64,000 nt of DNA, taken from assembly GCF_009914755.1 (NCBI RefSeq), contig NC_060926.1; one strand, 5' to 3'. This document shows positions 17,362 through 29,840 of the stretch, one piece after another; the stretch's first letter is position 1, and every line of letters begins with the position of its first letter. The notes beneath the pieces were generated by a model, which was given only the letters and a program-made list of their open reading frames with translations, was not told the origin of the DNA and searched no databases. The position numbers and the translations under genes are program-made. The DNA comes from the human T2T-CHM13v2.0 reference genome, Homo sapiens.

Positions 17362-18378
17362 ATGGGAAAAAAACAGAGCAGAAAAACTGGAAACTCTAAA
17401 AATCAGAGTGCCTCTCCTCCTCCAAAGGAATGCAGCTCCTTACCAGCAACGGAACAAAGCTAGACAGAGACTGACTTTGATGAGTTGAGAGAAGAACACT
17501 TCAGATGATCAAACTACTCCGAGCTACAGGAGGAAATTTGAACCAATGGCAAAGAAGTTAAAAGCTTTGAAAAAAAATTAGACAAATGGATAACTAGAAT
17601 AACCAATGCAGAGAAGTCCTTAAAGGACCTGATGGAGCTGAAAACCAAGGCATGAGAGCTACGTGATGAATGCACAAGCCTCAGTAGCCAATGTGATCAA
17701 CTAGAGGAAAGGGTATCAGTGATGGAGGACGAAATGAATGAAATGAAGTGAGAAGAGAAGTTTAGAGAAAAAAGAATAAAAAGAAATGAACAAAGCCTCC
17801 AAGAAATATGGGACTATGTGAAAAGACCAAATCTACATCTGATTGGTGTACCTGAAAGTGACAGGGAGAATGGAACCAAGTTGGAAAACACTCTGCAGGA
17901 TATTATCCAGGAGAATTTCCCCAAACTAGCAAGGCAGGCCAAAATTCACATTCAGGAAATACAGAGAACACCACAAAGATACTCCTTGAGAAGAGCAACT
18001 CCAAGACACATAATTGTCAGATTCACCAAAGTTGAAACGAAGGAAAAAATGTTAAGGGCAGCCAGAGAGAAAGGTCGGGTTACCCACAAAGGGAAGCCCA
18101 TCAGACTAACAGCGGATCTCTCCGCAGAAACTCTACAAGCCAGAAGAGAGTGGGGACCAATATTCAACATTCTTAAAGAAAAGAATTTTCCACCCAGAAT
18201 TTCATATCCAGCCAAACTAAGCTTCATAAGTGAAGGGGAAATAAAATACTTTACAGACAAGCAAATACTGAGAGATGTTGTCACCACCAGGCCTGCCCTA
18301 AAAGAGCTCCTGAAGGAAGCACTAAACATGGAAAGGAACAACTGGTACCAGCCACTGCAAAAACATGACAAATTGTAA
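17362..18378 (+). pseudogene. L1 ORF1 remnant with premature stops
   Basis: ATGGGAAAAAAACAGAGCAGAAAA at 17362, in-frame TAG at 17461; the C-terminal 186 aa are open (RPNLHLIGVPE...YPAKLSF...NWYQPLQKH). Confidence 0.92.
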
Positions 18379-18441
18379 AGACCTTCAAGGCTAGGAAGAA
18401 ACTGCATCAACTAACGAGCAAAATAACCAGCTAACATCATA

Positions 18442-19414
18442 ATGACAGGATCAAATTCACACATAACAATATTAACTTTAAATGTAAATGGGCTAAATAC
18501 TCCAATTAAAAGACACAGACTGGCAAATTGGATAAAGAGTCAAGACCCATCAGTGTGCTGTATTCAGGAAACCCATCTCACGTGCAGAGACACACATAGG
18601 CTCAAAATAAAAGGATGGAGGAAGCTCTATCAAGCAAATGGAAAACAAAAAAAGGCAGGGGTTGCAATCCTAGTCTCTGATAAAACAGACTTTAAACCAA
18701 CAAAGATCAAAAGAGACAAAGAAGGCCATTACATAATGGTAAAGGGATCAATTCAACAAGAAGAGCTAACCTAAATATATATGCACCCAATACAGGAGCA
18801 CCCAGTTTCATAAAGCAAGTCCTTAGTGACCTACAAAGAGACTTAGACTCCCACACAATAATAATGGGAGACTTTAACACCCCACTGTCAACATTAGACA
18901 GATCAACGAGACAGAACGTTAACAAGGATACCCAGGAATTGAACTCAGGTCTGCACCAAGCTGACCTAATAGACATCTACAGAACTCTCCACCCCAAATC
19001 AACAGAATATACATTCTATTCAGCACCATACCACACCTACTCCAAAATTGACCACATAGTTGGAAGTAAAGCACTCCTCAGCAAATGTAAAAGAACAGAA
19101 ATTATAACAAACTGTCTCTCAGACGACAGTGCAATCAAACTAGAACTCAGGATTAAGAAACTCACTGAAAACTGCTCAACTACATGGAAACTGAACAACC
19201 TGCTCCTGAACAACTACTGGGTAAAGAATGAAACAGAAATAAAGATGTTCTTTTAAACCAATGAGAACAAAGACACAGCATACCAGAATCTCTGGGACAC
19301 ATTCAAAGCAGTGTGTAGAGGGAAATTTATAGCACTAAATGCCTACAAGAGAAAGCAGGAAAGATCTAAAATTGACACCCTAACATCACAATTAAAAGAA
19401 CTAGAAAAGCAAGA
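18442..19414 (+). pseudogene. L1 ORF2 N-terminal remnant (APE-like endonuclease), frameshifted, ending at the inversion breakpoint
   Basis: MTGSNSHITILTLNVNGLN...; small deletion near 18770; [13 protein letters not shown], and SDDSA in place of the catalytic SDHSA; ends CTAGAAAAGCAAGA. Confidence 0.92.
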
Positions 19415-19557
19415 TAAAAATAGTATTTCTTATGATAGACCACACTGTGGATAATAAGAAATGCCTCAATGCATCTGATAAGGATTCAAATCATGCAAAT
19501 CATCATTGATAACAGTAGTGGAATATATTTAGAAATCTATAATAATCTGAAAATGTC

Positions 19558-21090
19558 CATCTTAGTTTATCTTCTGTTGCTATACCAGAATAAAGTCATA
19601 CATCACTTAAGAGAGTTTTTTTTTCTGTGAAATGTGTCTTTAGATTATTTCATCATTGTGCAAATAACAGACAGAATGTACTTACACAAACCTAGATGAT
19701 ATAGCCTACTACACACCTAGGCTATATAGTACAGTCTATTGCTTCTAGGCTATAAGCCTATACAGCATGTTATTGTATGGACTCCTGTAGGTGATTGTAA
19801 CACAATGGTAAGTATTTGTATATCTAAATGTAGAAAACGTGCAATAAAAATACAGTATAAACAATAAAAACTGATACACTTGTATAGAATACCACCAATG
19901 GAGCTTGCAGGATGAGAAGTTGTTCTGGGTGAGTCAGTGAGTGAATAGTGGATGAATGTGAAAGTTTAGGACATTACTGTACACTACTGTAGACTTTATA
20001 AACACTGTGCACTTAGGCTACACTAAATTTATTTAACATTTTTTTCTTCAATAGGAAATTAACCTTTGCTTACTATAACATTTTTACTTTACAAAATTAA
20101 TTTAAAAAACTTTTTGACTCTTCTGTAATAACACTTAGCTTAAAACACAAACACATCGAACAGCTGTAAAGATATTTTCTTTCCTTATATCCTTATTCTG
20201 TGAACTTTTCTATTTAATTTTTTTTAATTTTAAAGTTTTTCATTAAAAAGTGAGACAAACACTCACATTAATCTAAGCCTACACAGGGTCAGAATTATCA
20301 ACATTCCTCTCTTTCACTTCCACATCTTATTAACACTGGAAGGTCTTCAAGAGCAATATCATGCATGGAGCTGACATCTTCTATGTTAACAATTCCTTCA
20401 TTTGGAATACCTCCTGAAAGACCTGCCTGAGGCTACTTTACAGTTAATTGTTTTTTAAGTAGAAAGAGTACACTCTAAAATTATGATAAAATATATAGTA
20501 TAGAAAATAGATAAATCAGCAACATAGTTGTTTTTCAACTTTTACCAAATATTATGTACTGGGTATAATTGTATGTGGTATACTTTTGTAAGACTTGACA
20601 CTATAATAGGTTTGTTTATACTAGCATCACCACAAACACAGGAGTAATGCATTGCACTACAATGTTACAACAGCTATGATGTCACTAGATGACAGGAATA
20701 TTTTTAGTTTCGTTATTATCTTATGAGATCACCATCAAATATGTGGTCCATTATTGACTGCAACATCCTTATGCATGCATGATTGCAACATAGACTGGGT
20801 AATTTATAGAGAAAATAAGATTATTTAGCTCACAGTTCTGGATGCTGCGAAGTCCAAGAGCATTGCATTGGCATCTATTGAGGGTCTTTTTGCTACATCA
20901 TAAATTGGCAGAGGGCATCAAATGATAAAAAGCCAAGAGCAAGACGGGCAGAAAGAACTTGATTTTATAACAAATCCACTCTTGTGAAAAGGCACCTATT
21001 ACCGTGATTGTGACATTAATTCATTCACGAGGGCAAAGGAATTAAGTTTCCAATACATAAACTTTTGGAGAACACATTGATATTATATAC
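19558..21090 (-). mobile_element. MaLR solo LTR (MSTC/MSTD-like) split by Tigger3b
   Basis: TCTTAGTTTATCTTCTGTTGCTATACCAGAATA resumes after 20787 as ACATAGACTGGGTAATTTATA..TTTAGCTCACAGTTCTGG..AAGTCCAAGAGC. Confidence 0.75.
19593..20785. mobile_element. Tigger3b (Golem/MER7B-like) DNA transposon, ~1.2 kb
   Basis: Degenerate TIRs AAGTCATACATCACTTAA ... TTATGCATGCATGATTG; internal GTACTTACACAAACCTAGATGATATAGCCTACTACACACCTAGGCTATAT; flanked by TA and CA. Confidence 0.85.
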
Positions 21091-21713
21091 TTTTCCAAAT
21101 ATTTAGAAGCTAAAACTTACTCATGTACATCTAAATAATTCATGGGTCAAATAAGAAATTATAACAAAAATATGGAAATACTTTTAGTAAATACAAATTC
21201 AAAACAACATTAAGTATGTGAGATGCAGCTATTGCAGTGCTTAGCAGTAAGTTTTAACACACCCAATAAACACATATTTTAGGACAGTAGAAAAGTCCAA
21301 AATCTATAACTTGGTTTTCTGCCTTAAATGAGAAAAAGATGAGTTAAACGTAAGTAAGCAGAAAAGACATAATAATAAAGATTAGAGGAGAGTTTAAAAA
21401 ACAGAAAAAAAAAATAGAGAAACTTAGTGAAAACAAAAACTTGTCTTTGAAGGGATCAATCTAACTGATAAAACAATAGCCAAGACTGATTAGGGTAAAA
21501 AGGAAACACACGAATGGTCAATATTAGAAATGAGAGAGGGGACATTATCACAGTTCCTACAGACACTTAAAAGATACTGTGGAAGTATTATTAACAACAA
21601 ATAAATTCAACCACTTAGATGAAATTGATGAATTCCTATGAAAGTTCACTTAAGAAAAACACGGATTACCTAACATGCTCTACTAAGAAAAATAAATTTG
21701 TAGTTAAAAGCTT

Positions 21714-21719
21714 CACACA

Positions 21720-21755
<36 letters not shown>
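21714..21755. repeat. (CA)n microsatellite inside old L1
   Basis: Directly visible CA run with one AA interruption. Confidence 0.95.
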
Positions 21756-21756
<1 letters not shown>

Positions 21757-22271
21757 CTCTAGGCTCAGATTCCTGTGCTGGTAAGTCTTACAAAATATTT
21801 AAGGAAGAAAGAATGTGTGTATTACATAACTTTTCTAGGAAATTGAAGAGAAATAAATACTTTTAAACTCATTCCATGATGCCAACATCTCCCTACTACC
21901 AAAACCTGAAAAGGACATTAAATAGAGAATTACAGAAAAATATTCCTCATAAACACAGATAAAATTTTTAGACAAAATGTTAACAAATTAAATCTAACAA
22001 TATAGAAAAACGAAAAAATATGATAAATCTGCCTTATATTAGCAACGAAAAGTTGTATTAATTTATGTAATTTACCACATTAACATGCTTAAAACATAAA
22101 ACTCACATAATCTCAGTACACACACAAAAATTGGATATTAAGTCAACATATATACATGAAGAAAAACTCTGAGTAAACTAGAGAACAAAGGGAACCGCAA
22201 TCTGATAAAGGGCTTTACTTTAAATCTATATATAGCTCGTATCATTCTAGATAATGAGAGTGCTTTCTCTC

Positions 22272-22644
22272 TGATATGGTTGGGCTTTGTGTCTCCACTC
22301 AAATCCCATCTTGAATTGTAGTCCCCATAATCTTGTGTCATGGGAGGGACCTGGTGGGAAATAATTGAATCATGGGGGCGGTGACCCCCATGCTGTTCTT
22401 GTGATAGTGAGTGAGTTCTCACAAGAACTGATCGTTTTATAAGGAGCTTTTCCCCCTTTGCTGAGCACTTCTCCTTCCTTCCACCATGTAAAGAAGGACG
22501 TGTTTGCTTCACCTTCTGTAATGATTGTAAGTTTCCTGAGCCCTCCCCAACCCTACCGAACTGTGAGTCAACTGAGCCTCTTTCCTTTATAAATTACAGA
22601 GTCTCAGGCAGCTCTTTATATTAGTACCAGAATGGACTAATACA
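22272..22644 (+). mobile_element. THE1C-like MaLR solo LTR
   Basis: TGATATGGTTGGGCTTTGTGTCTCC ... AAGAAGGACGTGTTTGCTTC ... GAATGGACTAATACA; CTCTC at 22267-22271 and 22646-22650 fits a 5-bp TSD offset by one base. Confidence 0.9.
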
Positions 22645-23632
22645 ACTCTCTAAGATTGGGAATAGGACAAAAATATCTCATCTTATCCACATCTTACTGG
22701 TAGCTTCTGCAGTACTATCAGGAAATAAAAGTAAATTATTTAATATAAAGATAGGAAAGAAGGAAGTAAAATGTCTTTATTCTCAGACAGCATGGTCATT
22801 TATGTAGAAAATCTAAGGAAACTACAGAATCTGTTAGAAATAAATATGAGTTACAAGTTTGCAGTATAAAGAAATAATATTCAAAAATAGATTTTATTTC
22901 TGTATACATCCAACCAGCAATTGGAAAATTAAATGAAAAACAAAGCCAATTACACTAATATAAAGTTACAAAATATTTAGGGATAAATTTGAATGAAAGA
23001 TGTTCAACACTCATACACTGAATTCTACAACAGAATTGTTGAGAGAAGTTAAATACTACATATATATATATATACACCATGCTCATAGATTGGAAAATAC
23101 AATATTTTAAAAATATATTTTCCCAAATCCATATTAAGAGTCAGCATAATCCCAATAAAAATCCAAGCAGAATTTTCTTATAAAAATTAATAAGATGACT
23201 CTAAAATTTACATGGAAATGCAAAGTATCTAAAATAGCCAGAAAGTTTGAAATATAATAATAAAGTTTGAGATTTACTCTACTGGTCTTCAAGGCTTAGA
23301 ATAAATCTATAGTAGCCAAGACAACTTAAAATTGATATGCAAGCAGATGATTAGATTAATGAAACAGAATAGAGTACACAAAGAGACCTACAGATATATG
23401 GCCAACAAATTTTTAACAAAGGTTTCCAGGGTGATTTTATACAGAAAATGAAATCTCTAAACAAATGATGCTGAAACAATGATAGCCATTAAAAACAAAA
23501 CAAAGAAAGCTTTAACTTTTTTCTTAAACCACAAACAAAAAATTAACTTGACATTGGTATAGACCCAAATGTAAAATTTATAAACTTCCAGAAGAAAACA
23601 GAAGAATATCTTGGTGACTTCTGGTATGACAA

Positions 23633-23929
23633 TTTTTTTTTCTTTTTGAGACAGGGTCTCACTCTTTCACCCAGACTGGAGTGTAGTGGCCCAGTCTTGG
23701 CTCACTGCAACCTCTGCCTCCTAGGCTCAAGGGATTCTCCTGCCTCAGCCTCCTGAGTAGCTGGGATTACAGGTGCATTCCCCTACCGCCCAGCTAATTT
23801 TTGTATTTTTAGTAGAGACGGGATTTCACCATGTCGCCCAGACTTGTCTCAAACTCCTGACCTCAAACGATCATCCGCCTTAGCCTCCCAAAGTGCTGGG
23901 ATTAGAGGCATGAGCCATCATGCCCAGGA
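23633..23929 (-). mobile_element. Full-length Alu (older AluS/Jb-like)
   Basis: Complete antisense dimer; GACAA on both flanks is a probable degenerate TSD. Confidence 0.92.
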
Positions 23930-24148
23930 GACAAATATTTTTTAAAAAGAAACAAACAACAAGAAATATAAAAGAAAATAATCAATAAACTGGACTTTAC
24001 AAAAATTTTAAATACTTGCTCTTCATAAGACACTGTTAAGAATATAAAAGGCAAGACACACTCTGAGACAAAATATTTGCAATATATAACCAATAATTTT
24101 TATTTAGAATATATAAAAGTACTCTTACAACTCAAGAATAAGGACACA

Positions 24149-25587
24149 AACCAAACTTCAAACTATACTTCAAGGCTACAGTAACCAAAACAGCATAGTA
24201 CTGATACAAAACCAGACACACAGACCAATGGAACCAAATAGATAACCCAGAAATAAGTCCACACAACTACAACTGTCTGAGCTTCAACAAACCTGACAAA
24301 AACAAGCAATGGGGAAAGGATTCCCTATTTAATAAATGGTGCTGGGAGAACTGGCTAGCCATATGCAGAAAATTGAAACCGGACCCCTTACTAACACATT
24401 ATACAAAATTTAACCCAAGATGGATTAAAGACTTAAATGTAAAACCCAAAACAATAAAAACTCTAGAAGAAAATCTAGGCAATACCATTCAGGACATAGG
24501 CACAGGCAAAGATTTCATGACAAAATTTCCAAAACCAATCACAACAAGCAGTAATTGAAAAATGGATCTAATTAAACTAAAGAGCTTCTGCATAGCAAAG
24601 GAAACTATCAATAGAATGAACAGGCAACCTACGGAGTGGGATAAAAATTTTGCAATCTATCTATCTGACAAAGGTTTAATGCCCAGAATCTACCAGGAAC
24701 TTAAACAAATTTACAAGGAAAAGACAACCCCATTTAAATGTGGGCAAAGGACATGAACAGATACTTCTCAAAAGAAAACATTCATGCAAGCAACAAACAT
24801 GAAAAAAAACCTCAACATCACTGATCATCAGAGAAATGCAAATCAAAACCACAATGAGATACTATCTCATGCCAGTTAGAATTATGATTATTAAAAGTCA
24901 AGAAACAACAGATGCTGGTGAAGTTGTGGAGAAATAGGAACGCTTTTAATCCATTGGTGAGAATGTAAATTAGTTCAATCATTGTGGAAGATGGTGTTTT
25001 GATTCCTGTAGGACCTAGAACCAGAAATACCATTTGACCCAGCAATCCCATTACTTGGTATATACCCAAATGAATATAAATCATTCTATTACAAAGATAC
25101 ATGCATGTGTATGTTCACTGCAGCACTAGTCACAATAGCAAATACATGGAATCAACCCAAATGCCCATCAATGATAGACTGGATAAAGAAAATGTGGTGC
25201 ATATTCACCATGGAATACTACGCAGCCATAAAAACGAATGAGGTCATGTCCTTTGCAGGGACATGGATGAAGCTGAAAGCCATTACCCTCAGCAAATTAA
25301 CACAGGAACAGAAAGCCAAATACCACATGTTCTCATTTATAAGTAGAAGCTGAACAATGAGAGCCCATGGACACAGGGAGGGAAACAACACATGCTGGGG
25401 CCTGTTGGAGTGTGGGTCGGTGGGAAGGAGAGCATTAGAAAAAAATAGCTAATGTATGCTGGGCTTAATACATAGGTCATGGATTGATAGGTGCAGCAAA
25501 TCACCATAGCACACGTTTACCTATGTAACAAACCTGCACATCTGGCACATGTACCCCAGAACTTAAAATTAAAATTAAAATAAAAAA
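24149..25587 (+). mobile_element. 5'-truncated L1PA11-13-like element
   Basis: ORF2 C-terminal remnants ([26 protein letters not shown]) and 3'UTR ATAGCTAATGTATGCTGGGCTTAATAC...CACATGTACCCCAGAACTTAAAATTAAAATTAAAATAAAA. Confidence 0.88.
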
Positions 25588-26544
25588 GACTCAGACATTT
25601 AACTAAAAAACATATGTGGAAAGATGCTCAGCATCATTAATCTTTAAAGAAATGTAAGTTAAAACTATAATTTGATATAACTTTATATCCATTAGCATGG
25701 TTATATTAAAAATGTCTTATCAAAGCAAGTGTTGATTAGGATGAGATGCTACTGGAACTATTATGCATTGGTGATAGGAATATAAAATTATATAATCATT
25801 TTAAAAATTTTGCATTCTCTTAAAATGTTATATATATTCCTACTGTATAGCCTAGCAAAACAATCCTAGACATTTACCTAAGAGATAGAAAGTATATGTC
25901 CACATAAAGACCTGCACCCAAAGGTTACAGTAGCTTTATTTGTAATAGCCCAAAACCTGGAATTAAAAAAAAAGTGTCCACCAGGAAGTAATAGATGAAC
26001 AATTTGTGGTAAACCCATAAAATGGACTATTACGCAATCATAAAAAAATAATCAATTAACACATGCAAAACATGGATGGATCCTGAGGTAATTGTGAGTA
26101 AAAGAAACTAGAAAAAGAGTTTGATTGAAATCATACTGTATAGACACTTATAAAATTGTAAAACTCATATAAAATTGTAAAAAAGCATACAATTGATAGT
26201 GTAAAAAGTAGACCAGTCTTTGTTTGGAGGGAGAGGGATTGAAGAGATATGGATTAGGGACGGACATAAGAAAACTTCTGGGTGTAATGCAAATATGTGT
26301 CATCAATATTGCAGTGGTAGTTTCATGTGTATACATATTTGTCAAATATCAAGTTGGATATTTTAAATGTATGCAGTTATTACATGTAAATTATATTTTA
26401 CTAAAGCTGTTCAATTGATGTTAGCCTCTTCTTAGGAAGTATTTATGCATCAATGTGCAGAAATTGACATCTTTATTCTATTCATCTTTCTACCCATAAA
26501 CAAGAGATATCTCTTGATTTATTTAGGTTTCCTTAATATCTTCC

Positions 26545-26720
26545 AGTAAACTATATATATATAGTAAACTATATATATATATAGATATAGTAAACTATAT
26601 ATATATATAGTAAACTATATATATAGTAAACTATATATATAGTAAACTACATATATATAGTAAACTATATATATATAGTAAACTATATATATATATATGC
26701 ATATGTGTGTGTGTGTGTGT
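26545..26720. repeat. Compound tandem repeat: 8 x [AGTAAAC(TA)n] followed by (TG)n
   Basis: AGTAAAC at 26545, 26563, 26589, 26609, 26625, 26641, 26659 and 26677, separated by TA runs of variable length. Confidence 0.95.
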
Positions 26721-26960
26721 TTTCATATGGGACATGAAACTGATAGATTTATTTTAGATATTATTATTTACAGTGAACATTAAGCTGTTATACCAAAGAG
26801 TCAAACACTACAATGGATGACATAAAGTACAATTACATTTATTTTTCTTATAGTATATATTTGAGTCATTCATCAGGGAAAGATATTGAAAAGCAGGCCT
26901 TCCATAGGGGCTAGTTTAGCGATCAGAAAATTAAAGGATTTTAGCAAAAAAGCTTGTTTG

Positions 26961-26984
26961 ATTAATTAATTAATTAATTAATTA
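26961..26984. repeat. (ATTA)6 microsatellite
   Basis: ATTAATTAATTAATTAATTAATTA directly visible. Confidence 0.9.
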
Positions 26985-27106
26985 AAGCAATTCCCTCAAA
27001 GAATAGTCTTCTGGGCTTACAGGTATTTTTATGGATCATTATCTTGCTTTGTTTATGGCTTTTCAGCTTGACCTATCCCAGTTGGCCTTATTTTATTGTT
27101 GACTGC

Positions 27107-27784
27107 TGTGCTGGAAAGTGTTAACTCAGCAGGCCTTGGTTGTGCACACTGTGTACCTTCCCAAGAAAGGTTTTGTGGACTGTCCAGCTCTTAGGAAATA
27201 AGTTCTGTGTCTTTGGAATGTTATGCCTGATAGGAGTATTTTTATATGCCTGAGATTTGGGGCAACACTGTTCCAATTTTATCAGATCGTTTATGCTAAC
27301 AATGTTATTTATAATGAACACCTGCTTTTGTATGCCTGTGGCCTTGGGCCATATGGTGCCAGTTTGATCAGATAGTTTACATCTACAGTATAATATGTAA
27401 TGAGCTCCTGTTTTTGCTCTGAGTAAATGAAGTCAATCACAAGTGCTGCAATGACTATATGACCCCCAGTAAAAACTGTGGACACCAAGGCTCAAATAAT
27501 CTACCCCAGTTGACAACACTTTGCTTGTACGGCCACTCATCACTCATCATTACTGAGAAAATTACATTTATTTATGCAACTCCACTGGGAGAGGACACTT
27601 GAAAACTTGATCTGGTTTCCCCTGGACTTTATCTGCAATTTTCCCTTTGCTCATTTTAATCTGTATCATTTTGCTACGATAAACTATAACCATGAGTATA
27701 ACAGTCATTTGAGTTCATATGAGTCATGTGAGTTCTTCTAGCCAATCCTTGAGCCTGGGGGTGGTCTGGGGGACCCCTGACACA
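27107..27784 (+). mobile_element. ERVL solo LTR, MER77/MER21-family
   Basis: TGTGCTGGAAAGTGTTAACTCAGCAGGCC ... ACTCCACTGGGAGAGGACAC ... GGTGGTCTGGGGGACCCCTGACACA termini and motifs. Confidence 0.75.
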
Positions 27785-27939
27785 GCTATCTTGAAGTCAT
27801 TTCTAATGATAGGCATATTGGGAAGATGAGGTCTTAGCCCCAAACCTTTTATTGTTGGCTCTGAAGTCTTAATTGGCCTTTGAGAAACAATTTGAGCAAC
27901 ATTCATGATTTTTGCAGCTCAGAAGGCACTTTAAAGGTT

Positions 27940-28308
27940 GTTTTTGTTAATGCCTCCAATCAGTGGCTCTCTGTATTCTTGCTGCCTTTTAATGTTTCAG
28001 TCTCCTCCCCTTTGACTCTAGCCTTGTTCATGTGTCTTGCTTTGGCCAATGAGAAGTTAGTAAACATAGTACAAATAAAGACTTTTTAAAAAGTTCTTGT
28101 ACTTTTCTGTTTTCTCCTTGGAACTCTGCCCAGCAGAGGTCATTTCAGCCTGGGAAGCCTCCTCCTGACACACTAGCTGATTATGAATATTTGAAAGACT
28201 CCCCAACCTGCCCACCAGCTGACTTACAGATGTTTGATTAATAAACACTTCTTGAGGGTTTTCAGATGGCTTGTTAGGCAACAGCATTATTGTAGTCATA
28301 GTTAACAG
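27940..28308 (+). mobile_element. MLT1-family MaLR LTR, degenerate
   Basis: TGTGTCTTGCTTTGGCCAATGAGAAG and GGCTTGTTAGGCAACAGCATTATTGTAGTCATAGTTAAC. Confidence 0.6.
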
Positions 28309-28445
28309 TAAGTAATAGGCCCTAATAATGAATTTTTACTATTTCCATTTTTGTCAACCCACATTAATAATCTGACCTTTTCTACCCTGTTCCCTTAGAA
28401 CTATATACACTCAAAGCACATGGTCTGACTTCCAAGTGATCATAG

Positions 28446-28967
28446 TGTAAGCAGACCAGGAGAGTCTCCAGGGATTATAGGAATTTAATAAACTTTAGCA
28501 ATCAGCCTGTTTCACAGCCTCCTGGCCTGCAGCCTGTTTTTCCCCAAACTCTGTGTGAAATGTAGTTGCCTAGTTGGTTGGAACCAGCTTCCGAAAGACC
28601 TCAGCAAAATAGATAGACCCCAGTGAATTTTCCTCATAAGCATACAAAAGTCTCCCCTCCCACGTGAGAGCTATGGCTTCATTACTATAGCATGCAACTT
28701 GCGTGCTGGCATAATGACTCACTGAGTCTGCAGCACTAGGATGCCTCCCCTGCATGCAGTGATGCACCCTCTCCCCACTCCATTGCCCATAAAACCCTCC
28801 TGTCTGTTTCCCTCCAGGAGATACCGCTTTAGATAATACTCCCAGTGTCCTCCTTACCTGTGCCAAGTAATAAAACTCCTATTGATCAAAACCTGCATTC
28901 TCATGGACAGTTGTTTATTACTCACCAGAAGAATTAACCCTGTTTTTTTTATGGGGGGTGGGTAACA
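28446..28967 (+). mobile_element. Solo LTR (ERVL; LTR47-like, tentative)
   Basis: TGTAAG...GGTAACA termini, TATA-like CATAAAA at ~28788, AATAAA at ~28869. Confidence 0.7.
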
Positions 28968-29229
28968 AAAGCCTATAGTTTTATCAAATGTTTTTCCATG
29001 GCATATTCTAGCCTTAAACATACATTAAAGCCAAATGTGTCTCAACAACTCCTCTGCTTGTATCCTGCTCTGCATTACTATAATTTCTAAATTCAATAAT
29101 TTATAATAATTCTATATTTCTTTTTGTTTATTTTCTCTTATCTTCATAAAGTTATTTTCACCACATAATTTTAGGGTGATTCCTTAAAAATATAATTGTA
29201 ATCCTTTGGACACTACTTTCAGAAAAAAA

Positions 29230-29840
29230 TCCAAAACTCTTACATGCTTGGCCTATTAGTCCTATATGATCTGGCCCCCAGCTATCTTTGTGACCTTCTC
29301 ACCTTTTACTTTTACCCCTTCCCACTCAGTTTCCACTAAGTTTGTGTTCTTGCTGGTCTTCACATTTACCAAGCCAGGAACATCCCTAAGGTCTATGCAT
29401 TTACTGTTTCCTATACCTGTCTGACTCATGCCCCCAGACATCTACAGGGATTACTCTCACATTTGTTAAAGTATTCTTATGCAGGGCTGAAATTCAGTAA
29501 AGCCTGTTAGCAGTCGTCTTCATAATTAATCAGGCACCTATCTATGTAGTAAAGTGAGTATGCCTCAGAAGTTGCTAAATATTCTAATACTGTTAGTGTT
29601 AACTTGCCACCTTATCTGGGAAACTTTCCCTGTCCATCCTATTGAAAATAGCATCTGCTTTTACTGTGAAAATATTATTGTTTATATCCCTTTTGCCTGT
29701 CTTTTTTCTTCACAGCATGACAACAGCTGTATCTCTCAGAATAGAATGTAACCGTATGAGAACAGTAATCTTCATCTATATTTTAGTTTTGCTCTGAACA
29801 TAATAGTTCCCCAGTAAATACTTGTTGATCAAATAAATGA
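29230..29840 (+). mobile_element. L2 3' fragments
   Basis: TGATCTGGCCCCCAGCTATCT..GCATTTACTGTTTCCTATACCTG.. and terminal CAGTAAATACTTGTTGATCAAATAAATGA. Confidence 0.6.

Noticed and set aside
26545-26700. Repeat-spacer pattern resembling a CRISPR array
   Set aside because: The core is only 7 bp, the spacers are TA microsatellite, the context is primate DNA and there are no cas genes.
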